Shown: positions 55,084 through 64,000 of the stretch, one piece after another
Layout: each line of letters starts with the position of its first letter
Numbering within the stretch: the first letter of the stretch is position 1
Assembly (NCBI GenBank): GCA_965240325.2
Contig: OZ251225.1
Coordinates: forward strand, 930,001-994,000
Direction of reading: 5' to 3'
Length of the DNA: 64,000 nucleotides
Origin: Rebecca billardiae RCC1528
Taxonomy: Eukaryota > Protista > Haptophyta
Notes under the pieces: model-generated
What the model was told of the DNA's origin: nothing
What the model saw: the letters and a program-made list of their open reading frames with translations, nothing else
Databases searched by the model: none
Made by a program: the position numbers and the translations under genes

Positions 55084-55521
55084 ATGACGGCGCACCGCGC
55101 AACGCTGCTCGCTGCCCTCCTCGCGTGCCTCGGCGCCGCGGATGGGCTCGCCGCGTTCGTGCCGCCGAGCAGCCGAGTCCATACCCCATGCCGCACCGTG
55201 CGCGTCGCATCCCCCACGCTGATGTCTACACCCGACGAGCCGCCACCCGACGCTGTCGAGCCGAGCCCCGTGGAGCCGAGCATCGCTGACGCCACGGCGC
55301 CCACCAGCGCACCTGCCCCGAAGGAGCCAATCTGTGGCACGTGTGATGGGAGTGGCCGCATTGAGGGTGGGTGGGGCACGATTCCGGGCCTCAAATGGGT
55401 CAGCACCACCTTCGGCCTCCGTGCCTACCGCCCATGCCCAGAGTGTGCGCGTGCTGGGCGACGGTACAAACGCGTCGGGCAGAACCTGGACGAGATCTAT
55501 TTCGGGGGGCTCAAGGACTAA
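55084..55521 (+). CDS. Plastid-targeted DnaJ-type zinc-finger protein
   Basis: Signal peptide + AAFVP; CGTCDGSG..GG..PG..W..AYRPCPEC..YKRVGQNLDEI. Confidence 0.75.
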   Translation: MTAHRATLLAALLACLGAADGLAAFVPPSSRVHTPCRTVRVASPTLMSTPDEPPPDAVEPSPVEPSIADATAPTSAPAPKEPICGTCDGSGRIEGGWGTIPGLKWVSTTFGLRAYRPCPECARAGRRYKRVGQNLDEIYFGGLKD

Positions 55522-55874
55522 ATGTAAGCGACCCGCACGCGCACTAGGCCAACAGCTCTACGACCCCACTTGCTTGCGTGCCGTGGCGAAGCCCGAAAGA
55601 CCCTTAGCAATACAAACTGACTGTGTCGACATTCCGTGACCGTCACACCGCTGCCGAGTCTGACGCTGACGCTGTCGCTTGTCGGCCACGGTGTGCACCA
55701 GTGCCAGTGGCACGATTCGTATAATAACGCGCGGATCACTGTTCGATCAATGCTTAAAAGTCTTACTGAGACAGTGTCGGTGAATCAAGTGAAAAGTCTT
55801 CATGGCCCGCGGTACTGTATCATAATCTGCATCAAACTTATTAGTTATTCAAAGAACATTATAATATATATATA

Positions 55875-56373
55875 TTAACGACGTGGTATGCAACGGGCAG
55901 GCGTCAGAGTCAGCAAGCTGTAGCAGCAGATCGAGCAGCAGAGACAAACACCAGGATCAGCGCTCCTCGCCGTCGTCCCCCCCCCCTCGTAGTCGCCCAT
56001 CACTCCATCGCCGAGCGGAAGCTCGAGTCTCGACGCACCGTCTGGCGTCGACGCGCGCGCGCCACCGCGGTGGTCGCGGTGCCACGCGTCGTCAGCCGTC
56101 GTCTCGAAGTAGTCGTCGTATGCAGCGCCCCCGCGGGCGCGTGCCCCCGGGCGCACGTGCGCCATGCGCGCGCGGGCGATGAGCATCTTGGCCTGGCCAC
56201 GCAGGCAGCGCATGCCCCAGCTCGCGCCGCATGGTGCCGAGCAGCGCGCGCTCGGCGGCGGGGCGCGAGGGCGCGCTGAGGCGCGCGCGCCACGTGTCCC
56301 GCCCCATCTTGGCGATCTTCTTGAGGGTGAGGTCCACCTCCGCGCTCCACTCGCCAAACGCCCCCACGACAAT
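55875..56373 (-). mobile_element. 5'-truncated RLE-type (CRE-like) non-LTR retrotransposon copy in (TA)n
   Basis: Near-identical to 61373-61864. Encodes IVVGAFGEWSAEV.. with a frameshift. (TA)n on both sides. Confidence 0.8.
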
Positions 56374-56745
56374 ATATATATATATAATTAATTAAAAAGG
56401 CACCGTACTAGCATTATTTACGCGGGCCCGATATTTTCCTGTCAGTTCATTAATTCAAGTCCGGCTGCAGGCAGCACCAGCCGTCGGCAGCCGTCGCAAC
56501 GCTTTGGCACCCCGACGACTTGCCGCGGCGACCGCACGCATTGCTTGCAGCCGCCGCTGCGGCAAGTCGTCCATCCTCCAAGCACGCGGCGGCAGCGTCT
56601 GAGCGCGCATGCCGTTAATTAACACCAGCGGCAGCAAGCACCCACTGCGCCGCTCGTGAAGCGTGCGGCGGCGTCCGTCGCGGGTGGCGCGGCCGCGCGC
56701 CGTGCCGCGCCCGCGCCGCCCGCCGCCGCGCTCGGCGCCGCGCGC

Positions 56746-57741
56746 CTACTCCGTCTCGAACTTCTTCGGCGTCTGCAGCTGGAAGAGGCAGCAGAAGCCG
56801 TTGATGAAGATGATGAGCAGCAGCCCGCCAACCAGCAGGCCCATGAGGATGTCCGGCGTGAGCGGGATCTGCCTCATCTGCGTGTCGGCGTAGTTGAGGC
56901 GTCGGCGGTTTGACGCGCCGCCCATCTTGGGCGCGAACTCGAGCACCAGGTCCGACGGCACCGTCTTGTTGGCGGTGAGCACCGCCGCGTACCGGCCGGC
57001 CGTCGCCTCGTCCACGAGCTGGACGAGGTCGACGATGCGCTGGTCGTTCTCCTCCGACGGGCTGCCCACGTTGATGAGCACGAGCTCGCTCTCGCCGTTC
57101 GAGAGCATGCCCGAAGACTCCAGGTACGACGCCGCCTGCGAGCAGCAGACGCGGTGGCTCGTCGCGGGGCCGGCGGCGAGCGAGCTCTCGGCGAGCACGT
57201 ACGGCACCTCGAGCGAGGAGGGCGCGCCGGCGAGCATCGACTTGAAGCGCGAGAACTCGGGCGCGCGCGACACGAGATCCGAGCGCATCTGATCATACGC
57301 GAAGGCGAGCACCACCTCGGGCGACTCCTTGGGCGCGCGCATCAGCGGCATCGTCGCCTCGCGCTCCAGGCCCATCAGACGGTCCGCCGCATCCCACACC
57401 GCCGACGCCGGCACGTAGTCAGTGATGACATGGGTGTCGAAGATCGGCTGTCCGGCCCAGAAGTACGCCGGCACGGTCTGCAGCAGGCGCTCCTGCGCGC
57501 GTAGAGAGGCCGGGGAGGGCGCGGCACGCGGGACGCGCAGGGTGCGGCCGGCAGCCATTGCCAAATGAGGTTCGTTGCGATGCGCTCGCGCCGCTCCGCG
57601 CTCGGCTGTGAGGGTGGCGTGCTGGCGGGGACCGGGCCGGTCGCGTGGCTACGACCGCGCGGGGTGGTAAGCACGGCTGCGCACCTGCGCCGACGCCGCC
57701 CCCACCACCGCCGACGCGACAAGCAGCCGAGCACCGAGCAT
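56746..57741 (-). CDS. V-ATPase accessory subunit Ac45/Voa1 (ATP6AP1)-like; exons 57741-57685, 57492-56746
   Basis: Signal peptide MLGARLLVASAVVGAASAQ; C-terminal TM LTPDILMGLLVGGLLLIIFINGFCCLFQLQTPKKFE. Confidence 0.8.
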
Positions 57742-58042
57742 GAGTCCTCTGCTTGCACCTCCTCTCGGCGCACTGAGGCTGCTGTGCCGAAGGCTCGGCC
57801 CGCACTGACCACGCCCGCTTCATCGGGGGCAGGAGGCACCGGACCACGAGATGCACGGCCGCCTGCACCCGGATTCGAGCTGGGACAAGATCCGGACGCT
57901 GCGTCCGTACCTTACCCGGCGCCCTCGCTTGCTCGGTCGTCAGGGGAGCCCAAAGAGGGAGCCGAGCAGGCGTGAGGGCTGACACAGGGGCTGGCGGACG
58001 AGAAGCGCTCGTAACTGGGGAGACCGCCGCCGCCCCTCGCCC

Positions 58043-61033
58043 ATGAGCGTCGAGCCTGCCCCGCCGAGCCTGAGGATGTCTCTCGGACAGGCGCTGATCT
58101 CGCAGCGCCAGGCCGAGGTGTGCGCGCGCTGCGCGGGTGCGCTCACGGACCCCTGGAGGCCCGGTCGATGGCCGCCGCGGCTGACGCCCCGGGGCGCCCG
58201 CCATGCGCGTGCAGGACCTCAACCTCAAGCTTGCGGAGGGTGCGGACGACTCGGGCGGGTGGATCCTGATCCCAGCGAGCGATTCACGCGGGCCCCAGGT
58301 CAACGTGGTCACTCGCAAGGTGCGTGGCCACCGGGCGTAAGCCGCGGCTGTGCCCACGCGTGCTCCCACGGGTGCAGTGGCTCACGCGGCCCGCCTCGTG
58401 CGCACCGATGCGGTGCGCGCGTGCAGGTGGTGATCGGGACGCCACCCGCCCCTCTCGGCGTGGGCGCGGCGGGCCGAGGGAGCACAGCCATGTACCCATC
58501 GGCAGGGGCGCCGCGCACATCGTCGACACCGATGTTGCCGGGAGCGGGCGGCGCAGGCGTTCGCGATGCGAACGGCATCAAGCCGCTGCCGCCGTCGGTG
58601 CGCAGCGCGGCGCGCGCGCCCAGGACCGCGCGCCGCGCGCACCGCGCACCGCTCCGCGCCGCCTGCCGGCGCTCACGCGCTCGCGCCCCACACGGCCTCA
58701 CGGCGGGCGGGCGGGCGGCCACCACGCGCAGCGTAAGCGCGCAGACGGGGGCGGGAGCGATGGCGCCGCGGCGAAGCGGCCAAAGCCTGCGGGCAAGGGG
58801 AAAGGCGCGCTCTCGAGCCTGGAGCACAAAGAGTGCCTCAAGATCGTCGACCAGCTCATCGCCCACCCCAAGTCGTATTGGTTCCGCGAGCCGGTGAATC
58901 CGCTCCAGCTGCCGGACTACCACACAATTATTCAGCAGCCCATGGACCTGGGCACCGTCAAGGTGCGCGGCCGGGCGAAGCGCGGGCGGCGCGGCGGTGG
59001 GCGGCGCGAGGGGGACGCCGACGCCCGCGCCGCCCGCGCTCACCGGGCCCTGCACGCGCGCGCGCGCGCGCCCGCTCGGCTGCGCCGCGCGCAGCGCAAG
59101 CTGATCGGAGGCGAGTACACGAGTGTCACGGCGTTCGCGGACGAAATGCAGCTCATCTTCGCGAACTGCAAGACGTACAACGCGCCGGGCACGGACCCGT
59201 ACAAGAAGGGCGAGGACCTCGAGACCATGTTCGACAAGCGCTTCACCGCGCTCGAGAAGAAGCTCGAGGAGCGAGCCGCCGCGGGCGGCGGCAGCAGCGG
59301 CGGCAGCGGGGCGCGCCGCCCGAGCGGCGCCAAGGGCGCGCAGGGCGACATGATGGCGCAGATGCAGCAGATGATGGCGGCGGGCAACCCGATGGCCATG
59401 ATGATGCAGCAGATGATGGGCTCGAACCCGATGGCCGCGATGAACCCCATGGCCATGATGAACCCGATGATGTGGATGGGCATGATGGGCGGCCAGGGCG
59501 GTGCTGCCGCGGGCGGCGCCGATCAGATGCAGATGATGCAGCAGATGATGGCGCAGATGCAGCAGATGGCGGCGGGCGGCGGCGCGGGCGGCGGGGCTGG
59601 CGGGGGCATGCCCATGCCGTCCGCCGCGCAGCCCAACGGCGGCAGCGCGAAGGCGGCCGGCGGCAAGGCGGCCGCGCCGAAGCCCGCGCCCGCCCAGCGC
59701 GGGCCGATGTCCTTTGATGAGATGCGCCAGCTGACCGTGCAGATCGGCAAGCTCAAAGCCAACCAGGTGGCGAAGGTGGCGGACATCATCCGCCGGGAGT
59801 CGCCGCACCTGATCGCGCAGGGCGACGAGGTCAAGCTCGACCTCGACACGCTCGAGCCGCCCACGCTGTGGAAGCTCCACGACTACGTGAGCACGTGCAA
59901 GGGCGTGAATGCGAAGAAGAAGGCCGCGCCCGTCTCCTCCGACCAGCGCCTCGAGGCCGCCAAGGCGAAGGCGGCGGCGAGCAGGCAGAAGATCTCGGAG
60001 ATCAGCAAGCGCGCGGGCGGCAGCGCGCCCTACGTCGACCCACTCATGCCCCGCCCCGGCGCCGCGCCGACGAGCACGTCGAGGGGGACGGGCTCGCGCA
60101 AAGGTGCGCGCGCCCGCGCCGCGGGTCTGCTCCGCGCCGCGCGCCACGCGCCGCGCCCTCGGCGCCTCGCGCGCCGCGCCGCTGCAGCCAGCCGGTGGGT
60201 GCGCTCACACCGCGCACCGCGCACCGCCCCCTCGGCGCCCGCAGCTCCGGCCTTCGCGCCGCCCGCGCCGATGCCCTCGATGCCCTCGAAGAGCGCCTCG
60301 AGGACGGGCCCGTCCAAGTCGGTGGGGATGCCGGCCGGCGCCGCCGCGGCCGACGACTCGTCGAGCGATTCGTCCGACGGCGGCGCGCCCGCGCCCAAGG
60401 CGCCGCTGCTCGGCACGGGGGCGCTCCCCATGCCGATCGGCCGCGGCAAGACGGCGGCGAGCAGCGGCGGCACGGCGGGCGGGCTGCTCGGCAAGGCGCC
60501 GCTCCCGAACAAAGCCGCCTGGTCCAACCTCGCTCGGCCACAGGGCGCGCCGGCGCTCCCTGGCGGTCCGTCCAAGGCGTGGGGCCAGGCCGTGGCGGCG
60601 CGCCAGGCGACTGTTGCTCAGAAGGAGCAGGTGTGAGGCGAGCGAGCGCGGCGCGCGCGCCCGGCCGCCTGGCCGCCGCGCCGAGCACGCACGCACCGTG
60701 CCGCGCACCCCGGGCCTCAAGCGATGACCGCCGCCCCCGGCCGGCCGGCGCGTGCACGCACGGCGGCGGCGCCAGGCCGCCCTCACCCAGGCGCAGGCGG
60801 CGCGAGAGCGCGAGGCGGCCGCGGCGCGGCTCAAGGAGCAGCAGGAGCAGGACGCGGCGAAGGCGCGCGAGGAGGCCGAGACGGCCGAGCGCAAGAAGCT
60901 CGAGGAGCGCGAGGCCGCGCGCGCCAAGGCGCGCGCCGAGCGCGAGCAGATGTCGGGCATCAACATGTCTGAGCAGGCCTCGGTGATGCAGGCCTTCCAG
61001 GCGGGCTCGTTCGATGACCTGATGACGACGTGA
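58043..61033 (+). CDS. BET/GTE-family bromodomain protein (single bromodomain + ET domain + C-terminal motif), multi-exon
   Basis: YWFREPVNP..PDYHTIIQQPMDLGTVK|RKL..QLIFANCKTYN after removing intron 58963-59094. ET domain PMSFDEMRQL..LDLDTLEPPTLWKLHDYV. Terminal INMSEQASVMQAFQ. The 5' exons are less certain. Confidence 0.88.
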
Positions 61034-61372
61034 GCGATGGCGGCTGGCGGTCCTGCTATTCGCGGCACCACCCGGGCAGCTGGCTTGTGGATTTCAACGG
61101 CAAGGTCTCAAGCATGGACGGCGCTCTGCGCCGAGGGGGAAAACTGGGGGCGGGGAAAGCTGCTGCACGTGCGCGCGCCCCGCCCATCAAGCAACACACA
61201 CACTTTGCCTGCCGAGGGTGGCCGCGGATCCTCAGACCCTTCTTTCTGTGGTCGGACTGGGAGTCCGAGAGTCTGTCGGCGCCATAAGACATCACCATCG
61301 ACGTCGTCGTTCATTCGTCATCATTGCCATGATTAAATTAAATACGACTTATAATATATATATATATATATA

Positions 61373-61885
61373 TTAACGACGTGGTATGCAACGGGCAGGC
61401 GTCAGAGTCAGCACTAGCTGTAGCAGCAGATCGAGCAGCAGAGACAAACACCAGGATCAGCGCTCCTCGCCGTCGTCCCCCCCCCCTCGTAGTCGCCCAT
61501 CACTCCATCGCCGAGCGGAAGCTCGACGCACCGTCTGGCGTCGACGCGCGCGCGCCACCGCGGTGGTCGCGGTGCCACGCGTCGTCAGCCGTCGTCTCGA
61601 AGTAGTCGTCGTATGCAGCGCCCCCGCGGGCGCGTGCCCCCGGGCGCACGTGCGCCATGCGCGCGCGGGCGATGAGCATCTTGGCCTGGCCACGCAGGCA
61701 GCGCATGCCCAGCTCGCGCCGCATGGTGCCGAGCAGCGCGCGCTCGGCGGCGGGGCGCGAGGGCGCGCTGAGGCGCGCGCGCCACGTGTCCCGCCCCATC
61801 TTGGCGATCTTCTTGAGGGTGAGGTCCACCTCCGCGCTCCACTCGCCAAACGCCCCCACGACAATCGGGACGATCGCGGGGAAGG
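61373..61885 (-). mobile_element. 5'-truncated RLE-type (CRE-like) non-LTR retrotransposon copy in (TA)n
   Basis: Open frame FPAIVPIVVGAFGEWSAEVDLTLKKIAK..RRELGMRCLRGQAKML. Same 3' end as the other copies. (TA)n on both sides. Confidence 0.82.
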
Positions 61886-61903
61886 TATATATATATATAT
61901 GAT

Positions 61904-63866
61904 TAAACTTTTCTGAGGATAGCGCACCAGCAATTTCCCTTGACCGCCATCCGGGCCGAAGTGGCGCAAAATGGCGGTTGCCCCGTTTGGGCGCCCTTCC
62001 GCGCCTTCGAGCGGCTCGTGCGCGTCGGGAAGTGCGCCGAAGCGTATCCGGAGCATGCTCCATCGACGCGTCGCACTGCCGGGCCCTCGTATGCGAGCCC
62101 ATGCCGACGTCTGAGTGCGCCTCGCTGCGCACGGTACAGCTTGACGGTACACGGCACGATTGGGCCCGCGAGCAGCCTCGTGCGCGCGACCGAGCCAGAG
62201 GTGGTCGTCAAGAGTAGCACGAGCGGCGGCACACGAGCGGGGCTGGTCGTTGCCGAATATCTGACGCACCAATCGACCTCGCGCAGACCCGTCTGCTCGT
62301 TTGTGCGCGTGTTGGAAAGGATGAGCAGCTGCGTGCAAACGCCGAGCGCACAGATGAGGCGTGGGCGAGCGAAGGGGCGGCGAGGGCCGGCGCGTGCGCG
62401 CGCGTAAATTCGAGCCTCCCCATACGCATCGAAACACACCGCGCTCGCTCGTCGAGCTGCGCACGGGTATCGGTGCGCGCGCGCCAACGCGGCGCGCAGT
62501 GAACGCGCCCGGCGAATGCACACCTGCTCGCGCGCGCACGCGCACGTGATGGACCGAGGAGGTCGCGCGAGCATGCGCGATGTGTCTGGATGGAGCGTGT
62601 AGGAGGTGTAGGCTACGCTCCGCACGCGCTCCGCCACCGTGCACCGCGCTGCCCCTCGTCCACGCGATCGCCGCCGAGCCCAGATTCAAACGCGCGCGAG
62701 CCCGCGAGCGCGCCTCCGAGCAGCGCTTGCAGCAATCGTGTCGAAGGCTTGGCGAGAGGCAGATGTGCATGGCAAGTAGCGCCATGGGGGTGCCCATCAC
62801 GCACACACACCCGCGCACGCTCGCCGCACCACCTCGTCGTGCCCACGTTCAGCGCGCGGGGCGCACTTTGCGCCTCGAGCAGCTGCCGAGCGGCTCCCGC
62901 GCGCGGCGCGCGCAGCGAGTAGAACTCAGCCAATGGTCCGAGGGCGAGCCGGCCGAGCGTCGTGCGTGACGCACATGGACCTGGTGCAACGCCGCGTACC
63001 ACTCGCAGCCACCATCGCGCCCGTACCAGCGAGCTGTGGCCGCCGCCGACACCCCAAAGCAGCCCAGCCGTCAGCGCGCGACAGCCGACGAGCGCGCGAC
63101 GCGCGCGTGCACCACCGTGATGAGCACGGATGAGCGCGCGCGCCCGTGTCGTAGCCCAGGTGGGGTCCCCCGATCGCACGCACCACCGCGCTGCCACGCC
63201 TTCGACCATCTTGTGTCACCACGCGGGCACACGCCGGGCAGGCGGCGGGGGCAGCCCGCTCGGCAAACGGTCAGCGCGCAGCGAGGATGGAGTCCGGCGA
63301 GGGGCGACCGGAGTGTCCGGCGCGACGGAGGTGGTCCACGCCGTGGTCGCCGACGCGTTCCTCACCACCTCCGAGGCCGTGGTGGCCGCACGGGAGAAGG
63401 AATGCTCCCAGTCGCACCCTTTGCAGTGCTCCTTTGCGCGCGCACGCAGCGCCAACGAGCGAAAGCGTTTAGCGGGACCTAGTCCGGGGCTCAAGGGTAC
63501 CATCATCAAAGAATGGAATGCGTGCAAAGGTCCCGCTAAACAAATTTTGTGTCGCCCGTGCCGCGCGCGCGCGAGCACGGCCAATGCGGCTCCTTGCACA
63601 TCTGCTGCAGATCGGCTCGTGCTCGGCGAGCGCGGCGAGGAGGAAGGTGCGCGCTCGCGAGCTGGCGCACCTGGGAGTCCTCGCGGCCTCCGAGCAGAAA
63701 GAGCGCGTCGAGCGCAACGCCGCAGGTCGCACGGTCGCGATCTCGCGAGAGCGGTGGTGCGAGGGCGGGCCTCGCCATCGCGCGTTTCTGCGTCCAAACG
63801 CGGCCTCCGTAAAATCCGGATGGCGGTCAAGGGATTTTGCTGGTGCGCTATCCTCAGAAAAGTTTA
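61904..63866. mobile_element. Non-autonomous DNA transposon with about 50-bp TIRs, possible TA TSD
   Basis: TAAACTTTTCTGAGGATAGCGCACCAGCAAwwTCCCTTGACCGCCATCCGG at 61904-61953 and inverted at about 63816-63866, differing only in a short central segment. Confidence 0.85.
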
Positions 63867-64000
63867 CACTCATCCTCATCCAGGCGCCCACGCGGGCGCA
63901 CGGGGGCGACAGCCGCGGCTGCCGCTTGCCGGAGCTGCTCGCCGCTAGGTCGGCGGGCGGCGACATCGACTACGACCTCACCCTCATCCAAGTGCTCCGG

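Noticed and set aside
61904-63866. Possible Fanzor/TnpB or transposase cargo within the TIR elements
   Set aside because: I could see no RuvC, zinc-finger or DDE motifs in any listed ORF of the TIR-bounded elements.
506-63966. Hundreds of long overlapping Arg/Ala/Pro-rich ORFs (e.g. 14492..17785 -, 50919..52700 -, 28110..30137 +, 58309..60147 -)
   Set aside because: Shadow frames of real genes, caused by extreme GC content and GC3 bias. They contain no domain motifs.

Overview
This is very GC-rich eukaryotic nuclear DNA with short CG-rich spliceosomal introns (GTGCGC...GCAG). Two genes carry bipartite plastid presequences (signal peptide + 'AF'), which points to an alga with a red secondary plastid. 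A haptophyte is likely, but that is inference. About 20 protein genes are supported: C2H2 zinc-finger factor, hybrid histidine kinase, SRP68, kinesin-14, a CFAP298-like/ZNHIT3-C-terminal-like fusion, Sec14/CRAL-TRIO, NCKX exchanger, a beta-propeller/sulfotransferase fusion, CDIN1, WS/DGAT, a second beta-propeller, EML, a GT14-like protein, a methyltransferase, an SGNH protein, organellar GlnRS, a lumenal FKBP, a plastid DnaJ-type zinc finger, Ac45/Voa1 and a BET bromodomain protein. Most other ORFs in the track are GC-rich shadow frames. Highlights: (1) a double-guide box C/D snoRNA inside SRP68 intron 2, with two perfect antisense elements to conserved LSU rRNA; (2) three 5'-truncated copies of an RLE/CRE-like non-LTR retrotransposon, each embedded in a (TA)n microsatellite; (3) two different TAGGGGG-ended non-autonomous DNA elements, both with exact 7-bp TSDs; (4) further TIR and asymmetric elements; (5) unusual domain fusions. 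Exon boundaries were read by eye, and family assignments come from recalled motifs, not database searches.
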